DNA from: Podarcis cretensis | Lineage: Eukaryota | Assembly (NCBI GenBank): GCA_951804945.1 | Contig: OX638151.1 | Location: 85,188,001-85,252,000 of the forward strand | Length of the DNA stretch: 64,000 nt | Direction of reading: 5' to 3' | Shown here: positions 1-57,969 of the stretch, one piece after another | How positions within the stretch are numbered: the stretch's first letter is position 1 | Layout: each line of letters begins with the position of its first letter | Notes under the pieces: model-generated | Databases searched by the model: none | What the model was told of the DNA's origin: nothing | What the model saw: the letters and a program-made list of their open reading frames with translations, nothing else | Translations under genes and position numbers: made by a program

Positions 1-290
1 GCACCTTAGAGACCAACTAAGTTTGTTCTTGGTATAAGCTTTTGTGTGCATGCACACGTTTTCAGATACAATGAAACAGAAGTCACCAGACCTTTATATA
101 TAGTGAGAGGGTGGGGAGGGGCATTACTCAGAAGGGTGGTAGGAATGGGTGATTGGCTGATAGGTGTGGTAAACCTGTTGGTCTTACAGGAAAAAGCAAG
201 GGATGAGATGGCCAAAAATAGCTTTATCATGTATAATGAAATAAGAATCCAATGTCTCTATCCAGACCAGGTCTCTTCATTAGTTTTCTA
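1..290 (-). mobile_element. Penelope-like retroelement 3' fragment
   Basis: Shares its terminal sequence with the copies at 3648, 24350 and 34064. The minus strand reads PGLDRDIGFLFHY (GIY-YIG C-terminus). Hammerhead motif is degenerate. Confidence 0.75.
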
Positions 291-1755
291 AAGTTGCTGC
301 CTTCATGGCATAGTGGACCCCTGCTGTTAAATCTTGGTTGCTGAATGAATAACACTGCATGTTTTATTGAGCATATGGTCAGTAATACCAGAAGTGGCTA
401 TTGGGGACTGCTTAGCCATTTTTTTAGAATCTTCCGTCTACTCAATTCAGTCACTGGGTTACTGATCACTGCACTTCTGTGTTGCATTTTGAACATATTA
501 GATGTGTGTTTTAAGTATAAAACATGTGTTTTGGGCACCTTTAACCAAGTATCCCCTCCTTCTCAAGTGTTAATGTATGTTCACATTCTCAAGGTGATTG
601 CTATTAGTAGTTTCACTTCTCCATCTGCGCTTTCCGCGGTCCTTTTTGAAAGTCCAAACTTAGGTTCTTTGATGCTGCTTGTACAAGGGATAGTAGAGAT
701 GCCTTTTGGGTTGGTTGTATCTGTGGGGTGGAGTACTTGGTCCTCTCATGGTAATTTATGCTGTCCTTCCTTCTTTTTCTGAAGCCTCCCAGGGGCTTGT
801 GGTGGTTTGTCTATGGAACTTTTTCTTACTCACTGTGTTATTTTTATGGTTGCAGTTTGTTTTTTATGAACTGCTGTGAGATCTTCATATGCCCTAAGTT
901 GTGTGCATGGTTTGTGGTGCAGAATTGCATTGTTGCAGTTGCAGAATTGGAGTTTTTAGTAGCTGTTCATGTCTGCAAAGTGGAGAAGATAACACTGTGT
1001 CCATTTCTCATCACCAGTTTGTCTTCCACTCAGTGATCCTGTTGTGTATTTCTTGTTGCTTGCATTCAGTATTCACGATCAATTTTTCCATAATGTTGCA
1101 GAGCGTGGAGCAGAGTAGTGATATGTGTGTTCCCCATCCTCTAGCTGCAATTCAGATGTGACTATGCAGCGTTGACTTATCGTGGCAATGTGTGCTGGCA
1201 TTTGTTTTTAGTTGTGGTGCTTCATAAATATGTGTTACCTGTTGATAAAACATGGCTTCTATTTCCATAGCAGAAGCATTGTAAGATACATTGAATCTGC
1301 AAGAACTGAAGTTGAGTAGGGATCTATGTAAAGTTGATGCAATAGAAATCCAGACCTGTTAGATGCTCAAAAAGGGATGCGCAGAATTGAACTGTGATAT
1401 ACTTTTTTTCTTGAGCTGCATGTGTGTTTTGATATTCACAAATACCTCCTGTAGGAATAAGCTTTCCAGTCATTTCAGTGGAAGGCACAGCAGTTCATGA
1501 GTATCAGTAATGTTTGCTTATTTTGAATTGAGCTTTAGAAAACCCTACTGGTATGAGAACTCTGCTTGTTCATTGAAGCTCCTGTGCCTGTGAGATGTTA
1601 CTAGACTTGGGAATTACTTGCTAGCATGCTTTTATTGTGCCACTTAATGTATTGGATTCCTATTGCTCATTGAGGTTTCTGAGTACTTCTGCAGTTTTCC
1701 TGTTCTTCCGTAAACTGGAAGGATATGTTTAGTTGTATGAAAAAATAGGTAAGTG

Positions 1756-1920
1756 TAAGAACATAAGAAGCCCTGCTGGCTCAAAGGCCCATCTAGTCTA
1801 GGACCCTGTTCACATAGTAGCCAACGGGATTCCTATGGGAAGCCTGCAGCAACACTCCTGCCACTTGTGTTCCCCTTCAACTGGCATTCAGAGGCCTGCC
1901 ACCTCTGATACTAGAGGAAA
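1756..1920 (-). mobile_element. CR1-type LINE 3' fragment
   Basis: aagaacataagaag...ctgctgg...ggcccatctagtc motif, as recalled for squamate CR1 3' ends. Confidence 0.5.
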
Positions 1921-3647
1921 AAAAATCAATCTTGGGAATGCCAATGATTTAAATAACTATCTGATAAAGCTACATGTCCCAAGTGTAGAATGCAAATCTA
2001 GACACTGCCAAATGCTTCTAAACATTGCTTCCCTAACTTGGTCACCAAATGGTCATTCATTCAATGGAAAACAAAGATGGGATCTGTTTGTGTAGACTGG
2101 GGACCCTTATTGTGAGTACAGATTCTTGTTTGTAAAGCCTTTTTTTGACTTTCTGCTAAAAATGTGAAAGTTGGGCGCACTCTGGCAGGTTCAATACTGC
2201 TCCTCCCACCCATGTTTTGGTAGAATGTGTGGCTGGAACATGTAAAGAAGCTGTCTGAAAAATGTAATCACACATCAGAAACCATTCAGTTTACATGCAT
2301 TATATCCATTCATTATGTTATTAATTAATTTTATGAAACAATGCCTTTTTAGAAATGGATTTTTTTCTGTCAGAAAAATATATCAGTGGACAATTTTCTG
2401 GCACACATCTGTAAGTATAGTAAGAATTAAATTAGACTCTTGGCAGCGGTAAATGCAGTTGCTAATTATGCTAGCACAACATTGAGGATGATTCATATAT
2501 GACCCTTACTATGATAGGTGTAGAGTTGTGTTGGGAAAGAAATATTTGTTTAGAAGTTCACGATAGTTGCTTTTCTGTCTGTGCTATAAGATTGCTTAGG
2601 GGAAGAAAAAGTTATAGCATTTGGCATTCTTGTTATGACGTAGCTGGCATAGTATTTTCTAGCTGTATATATTCTGCATACTGGATTGGAGCCAGATTAA
2701 TTTATTTGCACTTTGATTTTGAGTGAGAGTGTCAAGTATTTCTCAGAAAGCATATACAGAACAGGAAAAGATATGGAAAAAGACACCTAAGCTGATTTAA
2801 TGACTGGCACACTTCCTTTGCAATGAAGTACTAAAGCAGTTGCATTTCCTTGTTGAGAAAAAAGAGAGCGTGAGGGAATAAGGAAGTTGGTAACATTTTA
2901 TTCTTTTAGAGTGACACTGGTAGCTTTGAGGTTAAGGACTTTCTCAGTGGTAGCAACTGAGGATGATATTGGTAATAACAAGCTGCAGAAAGTTTTTGAA
3001 AATTGCATGTGCTATTGCATGGTTTATTTTCCTACTATCTATCGTGTTTTTAAATGGATTGAATTGTTCATTGTTTAGATCTTTTTAAAAAAGTTTTTTT
3101 TTAAAAAAACAACTGTGGCCTGTCTTGAATATCTGAGTAGACCAGAAAATAGAATATGAAATAATGTAAAAAATGCTTTTATTTACACTTACCAAAGCTG
3201 CCCTTTCAACTTTTCTGTTGTGAAGCTCTGCATATCACACTGCTGGGCACATTTACTTGCATACCCACACTACATCATACCTCATACAGAAGCTCTTGAG
3301 TTGTCCTGTTCTTCCAGGTCTTGTTTACAGCTCCTCTCATGTTGATTATTATAGCTGTGAAAGTTCCTAAGCCCATGTTGGGATGCCTCACTTTGTCCCT
3401 ACTTTCCAGTAAGTATTATAACCCTAGTTATATTTCTGGACCAGTCCAGACCAGAGTCTATTGTCCTGCATTCTATTTAAAGTAGTGACCAGCTGCATGG
3501 TTTGCAGCCTACTCTCCTATTAGTTGCTGCCTATAAAATGGGGATTCAGTTTATCACAATTATAATCCTTTTAGAGGTATTAACCACAGATTTGTGTGAT
3601 CCCTTATACTGTCATCTAAAGCTAGTGACAACAATCATATTTTATGT

Positions 3648-3793
3648 ATTCTTCAGTGTATCTGAAGAAGTGTGCATGCATACGAAAGCTCATACCAAGA
3701 ACTAACTTAGTTGGTCTTTAAGGTGCTACTGGAAGGAATTTTTTTATTTTGTTTTGACTATGGCAGACCAACACGGCTACCTATCTGTAACTG
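3648..3793 (+). mobile_element. Penelope-like terminal fragment with hammerhead motif
   Basis: 15-bp target-site duplication aatcatattttatgt (3633-3647, 3794-3808); homologous to the other PLE ends in the window. Confidence 0.85.
3658..3695 (+). ncRNA. Minimal type I hammerhead ribozyme motif
   Basis: GTAT-CTGAAGA-A-GTGTGCATGCATAC-GAAA-GCTC-ATAC: stem I GTAT/ATAC, CUGANGA and GAAA core boxes, stem II hairpin, palindromic AGCT in place of stem III. Confidence 0.7.
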
Positions 3794-4227
3794 AATCATA
3801 TTTTATGTGTGTTATACTTAGTCTTTTTTAACTTTTACTTCTAGCTTTGTGTCTCTGTTTACCTTAAAATCATATTGAGTTTGTTTTTGTTTTCCCCTAA
3901 ACCTTTTTCTGATTCCATCTGTTTGGAAGCATCTTCTCACTTTTTGGTTTTAATGCTTTTAGTGGCTGTGCTTGGTTATCATAGGAATGAGCCACACTGA
4001 ACCTTACTTAAACTTGTGTGCTCCCTCTCCTTTGGCATGGCTCTAACGAAGCTTTTGCTTCCATTTTTGATTACTTACAACTTGTCATTATGTCTAAATC
4101 CTAAACTTTTGTTAATCTTAACTATGGTTTGTTGCTTCAAACTATGCATACACCAGAGCCATGTTTTCATTTACTCATGGTTTTCTTGTTTGCTTTCTTT
4201 AATTGTCTGTTGCTATTACTTTAATTT

Positions 4228-4471
4228 CTCCTGGCAACCTAGCAGTTTGAAAGCACGTCAAAGTGCAAGTAGATAAATAGGTACCGCTCTGGCGGGAAGG
4301 TAAATGGCATTTCGGGCGCTGCTTTGGTTCGCCAGAAGCGGCTTAGTCATGCTGGCCACATGACCCGGAAGCTGTATGCCGGCTCCTTTGGCCAATAAAG
4401 CGAGATGAGCGCAGCAACCCCAGAGTCGGTCATGGCTGGACCTAATGGTTAACAGTCCCTTTACCTTTACC
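4228..4471 (+). mobile_element. Sauria SINE, 5'-truncated
   Basis: agtagataaataggtacc and gctggccacatgacccggaag motifs, ACCTTT tail, 13-bp TSD attactttaattt (4215-4227, 4472-4484). Confidence 0.88.
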
Positions 4472-5063
4472 ATTACTTTAATTTACAAATTCTAGGGAGT
4501 AAAAACTACATTTAAAAAACAACTAGTTTAACTACTTAAAATAAGTTTAAGCTGGTTTAGATTCATTGTTGTAAATTCAGTACTTACAACAAAAGTTTGT
4601 TGTTAAAAGCAGTTTGGGTGAGAGCTAATAACTGCAGGAAGCTCCTCTGCCACCACCAGTTCATGCTTGCTGAGAAGCTACTTGCAAATGTTGGAGAACC
4701 AGGAGCTATAATCAGAAGCATCAGTTGCAGAAATCCTAGTGCATGCACAAAAGTGCTTGAGGGGATGTATGGGGATATTTAGATGCTGTTGTTATTTGCA
4801 CACTTGTAATACAGTGCCACATTTTCAAGAATGAATTGAGTGCTTAGAAGGAGAATGAATTTCATCCCTCCAGATGATAGTTCCAATTGTGGTTATACTT
4901 TTCTCATGCAAACTAATTTATATCAGTTACGTTTATTTTTATGATTATGTGTGCATCTCCCCCATAGTAAAAAATATTTTTACTTTTATTGACAAGGAAA
5001 TAATACTTTTGAACCTCCACCCATGAAAGACCTATGCATTTGTGGTCCTTGTTTTGTCTAGAT

Positions 5064-5199
5064 CAGGCAAAGGCAACCTTCGGCCCTCTAGATGTTTTGG
5101 ACTACGGTTCCCATCATTCCTGACCACTGGTCCTGTTAGCTAGGGATCATGGGAGTTGTAGGCCAAAACATCTGGATGGCTGAAGATTGCCTTTGCCTG
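5064..5199. mobile_element. hAT (Charlie-type) palindromic MITE
   Basis: TIRs caggcaaaggcaa/ttgcctttgcctg; 8-bp TSD gtctagat (5056-5063, 5200-5207) matching the NTCTAGAN target preference. Confidence 0.88.
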
Positions 5200-8100
5200 G
5201 TCTAGATGTTTTGATGCTTGAATTGTCACACTCTTTGGGAACCTGATCAGTGTTACAAATTTGTATCCTGTCTTCCTGACTGACAATAAGACTTCTAAGT
5301 TATCTGAAAGTAGATGAAAACTGATACATATTAACAAATTAATAAGATTGTTTAAAGAGGAAGGACTGACTTATATTTAAAAAGGAAGAGGGGAACAGTG
5401 ATGGCACATGTTCTCTTCCTAGGCCTTAGATGTTGCCACTTCTGTGTCTGTTTCAACTGCTGTTCTCTGAAGGTTCCATGGAAACCATAGAGGATAGTAG
5501 ACCCCTCCCTTGTTTGTTACCTATAAATCAGGGCCAGGGAGTACCAGATGTTTCAGTCCCCAAGAGAATAGAGCATCTTCTCACATGAGCAGCTGGACAA
5601 TCAGCAACTCCTAGCGTTTTCTGATAATGGAGGCCTGATGAAGGTTCTGGGGGGGGGACGGTGATGGAAAATGTCCTGTCTCTGAGCTTTGCTACTGATG
5701 CTGTGATTCTTTCAACTGCTGCTTTTAAAAGTTCCATGTTGACACTATGGGTGAACAACACCTCTCCTCAAAAAAGTATGCTACCTTATAACCCATGATC
5801 AGCTACTGCCAGATAGTTTAGTAATCATCTGATGTTGCAGCTCCAGACTAGTTCACTCTAATGGTCCAGTATTTTTACCCTGATTCCTTCAGTTCCCCTA
5901 GTCACTGGCAAATGGGTACTGATTATAATTTTCATGGGGCACATGACTGAGTTCTTCCCTCCAGCCCCAAAGAATTTTTTTTCCACCCAGGATTACCTTC
6001 ACAGCTAAAGAAAGGATCAAAATTCTTCCCTGCAGGGAAGCAGTTGAATTGGTAGCAAGTACTTTTTAACTCTACAGTTTTTATTTGAAGTATTTTGGGA
6101 TGTCTAACCTCAGAAGTTCAGGATGGTGTCATTGGATACAGCCTTTCTCTCAATTACCCTTCAGGTAATTGATCATGCCTGATTCTCATGGCAATAGCCT
6201 CAGTCACAGCAACAGGCTTTGCCTCAGTTGCCCTTTCAGGCTGTGAGAGCATGGACAGAATTCATGATGAATAGATTAATCAGATGATGCTCAGTCATGC
6301 ACATTGTCCTTCTGCACAGCTCAAATTACCACCCATGTCTATGGATCTGTGGAGGAGGAGGATGGATCCAGCTGGCTGGCTAACTGGATCCAGAGGCTGA
6401 TAGCTTGTGAACTGACACAACAGCTAAGACTTCCTTTCTGTTCACCTGTTGTGGTGCTTCTTTCTGGAGATGATTTGGCCATCATGAGGCCCCTTTTATG
6501 TCTTTGCAAAAGCTATTCGACTGTGGGCTTAGTTTTCCGTCTTGTGAGTGCTCTTGGCAAGGTACTCTGCGAGTCCTGTTTGCTCCCCAGATTTCTGTGG
6601 CGGTGGTCATCACATGATTCTCATCAAGGTTGGGGAGTAGGTTGTGGGAAACTCATCATTTCTTCTTTGTGGTATGAGGCCCTTGAAATGTCCATAGTCT
6701 TCCACGCATTTTGGCCAGCAAGATTCCCCTTGGAAATATTTCCTCATAGCATAGCAACCATTTCCAGAATAAGTAATTAGAGAAGTATGGAATCAGGTGC
6801 TCTTGCCTCTGAACTTTAGCATAGCAGTGGGGCGTACACAGTGGCATCATTCCTACAGCAGTTGATCTCTGGGAGAGGATGATGATCTCGCAGGCTTCTT
6901 GGTCAGATGGGATGCTGATTGCACTGTGGTCCAATACTTGTTCCACTTCTGGGGATCTCTACCTCTGCTAACAACGAGTACCTCTAAATCTGTTGCTGAG
7001 CAACCATAGGTTGTTGGAGAATGCATTTCTTTTAAGGTGGGATGAATATTTCCTTTCATACTATCTTGCTGATAACAAGGACCATCATAAAGATAAGATG
7101 GACAAGATAGACTGCATTCTTTCCAAGACCGCCATGGTTACTACTGTTTGCTGGACTTTTCAGACCCTTCTCCTTCAGATTAAGAGCAGACTTGCCTTCC
7201 CAACAATGTCAGATCTCAAGATGATAGTCTATCGGGTCTTTCGGATGAGACTGAGGGCACACAAACAGCTCATGTGGTCTTCTCTAAGGATCTCGCCTGA
7301 CAAGGACCCCGGGGATGCTCTGGAAGAACAACAACCCTACAGAGAACTCCTTTACACCTGGGACCTGGAAGAACTCTGTTTCATTGCTGATTAAGCAGAA
7401 GTTTGTTTTTTGTTTTTTGCAGTTTTTCAAAGGGGCAGGGGAAACCTTAGGAGAAGTGGAAGTTTATGCAGTATTTTCTTATAAAACAAAACTTCTCTGC
7501 TTTAACAAAATAAAATGTATCATAACTTAGAATATAAAATTGCACCATTTAATATATTTTTTATGAAATTTAAAATGGTGAACTGTAAATATCCCAAGTT
7601 TTAGTCTGCTTCTGTGGTTGGTGCTCAGTTCTTACTCAAACTTCCAGATTTTTCCTTTCAGGCTCTGGAACCCATAGTTCCTGTTCCACCTTTTTCCTGA
7701 CCTTTTTTTAAATCATCCAGCAGGCCAGGGCAGTAAGTTACTTGTTTCCCAGTTTGTAGCCAGGTGTCTGTCACAGTCATTTTGAGGGAAAAGGTGGAAG
7801 GGACCATCTTTGAAAGCATTTCACTCATTCTAAAAGAAAAACATATTTCATAGGACACTCACCCACAATGTTCTCCCCACATTTCCCCTAGAAACATTTA
7901 AAATTTATTTTGGAGGGGAAATAATTCTTCCCTACTCTATCTCCGCTCCCCCAACATGGGTCTTGAGGTCTCTAACTTGACCTCTTTGGGCCTGGAGTAT
8001 TTGCTGCATATGCTGGAGGGTCTTCAGAGCAGGTCAGCAGCTTTTAGCCAGGATTTCTCAGTGGATCCTTTAAGTTCAGAAGCATTATGGCACTCAGTAT

Positions 8101-11040
8101 CAGGGTTGCGGGGAGGCAGGAGAAGGCTGCTCCTAACCCTAATGTTTCACTCATCTTTCACCTTCTCGGTTTCAGAGATTGCATTTCTGAAAGCCGAAGC
8201 AAACTATCACCTATTGACGAGGAACTGTAATGAAGGCTACACAAGTTCTTGTTCATCAGATCCTTGACCAAGTTTTTTAAACAAGTTTTTGTGTTTCCTC
8301 AACCTCTAAAAAGAGTGCTGCTGTTGAGTTCCCCACGACTCTCTATGACTTTCTTCAGAATGCTAAGCTGTAAAGGGCTCATAGAGGCCAATTTTGTTAC
8401 CCCAACATTTTGCGTCGTCCCCCCCATTTGACACTCTTTCCATAGTTTCTGGTGTATACTGAGTGTGCTCAGTCCTCATTCTGTTCTTGTGAGCTTTCCC
8501 TCCTGTACCTTCTGCAATCGTGCTACATCTTCACCCTTTCCCCCCCTCAGTGTCTCCAATTTGTCTCCATTGCTGTAGGTATGGTTTTCCTATTGGAGGG
8601 ATAATAAACCTTTTTGAAGCCATGCTAATTATCTTGGAGCAGTGAAATTCTTAGTTCCATCATGTATTTTATGTAAAAGTTTTTTATTTTTGCCTGTTCT
8701 GAATGTACTACCAGTATGTTCTGTTGGGTGGCCCTGAGATCAAGTATTAGGAGAGAGGACAAAATTTCTCTATCAGCTTTTTCTACACTGCATAAGTTTA
8801 TGCAACTGTCACACCTCACTTCTTAATCCTCCCAAACTAAAACACTGTAGCTCTTCCTTACAGGGGTGATGCTATAACCTCTTATTTTGGTTCTCATGTC
8901 ATTGTAAAAGATATGGTACTGGAAAAATCTAACATCTGACATGCTATTTTAAGAACAGTAACTACTTTTTATGTATTGTTTTAGTTCAATTTGCATTTAC
9001 TTACTTTTTGAGGATTATCTTAAATATGTTTTTAATGTTTCATATTTTATCAGTATTTTAATTTGTGTGGGTCGCTTATTTCTCTTGGTGAAAAGCGGAA
9101 TATAAATATAATATAATATTATTAGTTACTAGTGTCCTTTTTCTTGCTTGTTAATACTTAAGTAAGGCTCTAGAGGAATACATTAAAAATACATTCCCCC
9201 CCTCCTTATTCGGGGCCTTACTTTCTTGCTTCTAAAATTTTGCTTGCATATTGACTGACAAGCCTCATTCACAATCACAAAGGCATTTATATATATATGA
9301 TAGAAAAATTGAATTAAAAGAAAAGGGAGAAACCTTTTAAATTTTCTCTAGAAGCTATAACTGGTAGTGAGAAAAGCAAATAGAAGTAATTTTTCACTTC
9401 TAGAACTTTGGTTTTGATTTATTGTTATGCAAAGTGTGGCCAGAGCATGTTGTAAATTTAATTTAATTTCTTACTAAAAAGTTAGTGATGTCATTTAAAT
9501 CCAGCAGTTTGTGTTAATTCAAATCATGCCCCAATTGGTTTTTATCCATTCACTTCGGTGAGTACAGCAAAATATTCTCCTGTGCACTGTATCAGTATGA
9601 AAGGGGGAGGTGTGCCACTTTTTTCTTTTTCTTTTATAAAAAATAGTCTGTTAGATGTGTCGTTCTGCAGCAGTTGACAAAAGTGCAGTGAGAAAAACAC
9701 TACCACACCCATCTACAAAGGCAAGGTAGGGGGCGGGAGGACCCTTTAAAAACAAAAATTAGCTTTTTTAAAAAAAAAGATTATCTTTTGTGCAACTACT
9801 TCAGTGAGAAGGGAGAAAGCTGGGTTGCTTGTCACTGATTACGTCATAAATTGTCTCCTGTAGATTGATGAACTTGGATAATGACATTTACATGTGGCAA
9901 TTAAAATAATAATGAACATTTTTATCTGGGGAGGAGTACTGCATTTTCCTGCATTCTGAATATAATAACCTTGTAACTTAAGTGCTATTGAGAGAAAAGA
10001 CATGCAGATGTGCACACAAATTAGAAAAAATATTCTTTTAATATATAATAAACTAGTCATCTGGGAAAACCCATTGTTAAAAAGAGTATCATCACAATTG
10101 ATACTGTTTGAGTATTTTAACAAGAAGTGCATGAATTGCATGGTGGGGTTCATACTGAGAGGGAAAATACAGTACGGAAAAGTTTCCCCGCTGAGATATA
10201 AAGAGTACACAGTTCTGTCTTTGCAGATCCAAATTTGGCTGCATTTGCATGTAATGGTAAGCCAGGGTTTCTGGCGTATTGTGGTATACTATAAATAAAC
10301 AGTGTGCTAGTTCACACTGTGCGATCACTCCTGCTTTGCTTCTCCTCTGGTGCAGTAAACAATCCAGGAAGCCTTGGCTTTCCATTATGTCCAAACCCAA
10401 GGATCTTGGTTTGTTTCTCCCTAATAAGTCATGATCTATAAGTTAGCAACAAACCTATGGCTTAAAATTTGGCGAGAAACAAACCTCAATCCCTGGTTTG
10501 GTAGAACTGACTTTGGTAACTGCTCCTAGATTGTAGAGAAACAGACCACAAGCCTGGGTTCAGACAGCATTACAAACCAGACTGTGAGGCAGCCAGAGTA
10601 AGGGAGGTGGTCAAGGGAACTTCAGTGTGCTCTAGCACACTCATTCATACTAAATGAATCAGGCCTATGTATGTGCAGTGTTTTAACTATCAAAACACTT
10701 TAATGTTAATGCTAAATACTATTACTAAAATATGTCACCTTGTTTTCAAATTGACTCATTATGATACTGTGTATTCAATACTATTTCTGTAGTGATTCAA
10801 ATAATTTTGTTTGCAAAATCATAAACATTTTAAGCATTAGGTTAAGAAAAAATCAGTCTAGATTTTATTTGTTTGTGCACGTGAGTCCTCCTTTAAATAC
10901 TGCTTTCATTGCTGTGTATACTAGAAATCATAGAAGCATTTCAGGTGTCAAATACTGTCCCCCTTTCAAAACATCACCCCCCGATAGTTTTCTAAATTAA
11001 CAGAAGAGTATTGGATATTTAGCTCCTGGTTTCTTCTTAA

Positions 11041-56352
<45,312 letters not shown>

Positions 56353-57969
56353 CCAGCATTTAAAAATGCTAATAAACAGGTACAGCTGAGCAAGTGGTAG
56401 AACTAAGGATATCTGCTTTCTGCTGCTATTTACAAATGAGAATACGTTCTGATTTGGAAAAAGTATAGCAAAAACAAACCGAACATTTCTTTGAAAGAAG
56501 TATGTATTTTAAACTTTTGCTATTTATTGCCCTCCAAGTAGGTTATACATTTCAATTCACTTTGTTCAGTTGGTATTGAAGATTGTATAAATGGAAATTC
56601 TTGATTTGCAGAAATGTTACTGTAATTTTGGACAGTCAGTAACCTCTATTTGATTAAAATTGATAGAATTTTTAATGTAACAGACTGAGAACAGAACTCC
56701 TATTTTTGAATGAGCAAGGTACAGTACATTTGTATAGAGTGTAGTATCTGTGTTTTGCAGGATATTAGCAGAGTGTGGCAGTAAATGCCATTGAGAACAA
56801 ATGCAAAATTCCAAACATTGCTAATAAGATGTTTAATTTCAGTAGTAATTGGGCACACAGCTTTGTACAAACAAACCTAGTGCAGCTTGTTGGTTTATCT
56901 AGGTTCAGCCAGAGAGAAAAATCACACTATGTAGATATATATATCCACATTGGAAAAAGTTTGACTAATATGTCTAATTTTTCAGACCTTCATTCTCGTA
57001 TCAATCAAATCTCTGTTTATTGTGCCAAAGATTGAAAACCGGTGCAGTAGAAAAGTTTTTAGTGTCAGTGCAGCATACATTTTCCAATTATGCTTATGAA
57101 TCTATGTTCTAAATATACACTGTTCTGAAAAATTATCTCTACTGGTACTTTGTAGTAAAAACAATTAATGCACTGGTGGGATCCTTAGGCAAAATGTATA
57201 ACTGGGTTAAAGGATTCAAGGAAACTGCAGGAAAAGTGTGAGATTCTTATGTTTACGATGCGATCAGATTGATTGTTTATACAAATTGTGTTAAAACTGA
57301 CTAAAATTTTAAAAAGTGTCTGTGTATGTATATATTATGTACACAAGCACATAAATATATACAATATTACCCAGGAATAATTTTTTTCAGGACTTTTTAG
57401 ATAATACTAGATAAAATTTTAAAATGTCATACTTTTATTTTAAGGGGAAGATTGGTTATTTTCAATTATTAAAGATAAAAAGGCCAAATCACTTTTTATG
57501 CAATCATGTTTTATACAGTGTTCTCATTGCACATTGTTTTTCTGCACTTTTTACAGTGTACTTATCAAGCTGACATAAGTCAATATATACACCCTAAAGG
57601 AAAATCCCACTTAATGATTGTGCCTTGTAGTCTATTATTTTGTGCATCTTTAGTAAACTTAAGTTGTCTATTGTAAATGACTATATGACTTAGGGGAATG
57701 TATTGCTGTATGTACTGCTATGGAAAAAGAAACAGTTATTTATTTGTTTATGGTACATTTACTTATTTTATACCTTTAAAACAAAGTTTGTATTAAAACA
57801 AACTTTAATACAATTTCTATTGTTTGAAAGTATAGTCCAATTTAAAAGAAAACAAAATACATCTTTAAACAGTTGCATGGTACAAAAATGTAACCACACT
57901 TTTCATTGAACACTCTTTGGGAGAAGTAAGCCTCAATCTAGAGATGCAGATGTATACATACCTGTTCAA

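Noticed and set aside
5400-8600. GC-richer block with 100-158 aa ORFs (6304-6780, 6993-7394, 7956-8267); possibly an old retroelement relic
   Set aside because: No diagnostic motif, terminal repeat or TSD that I can support.
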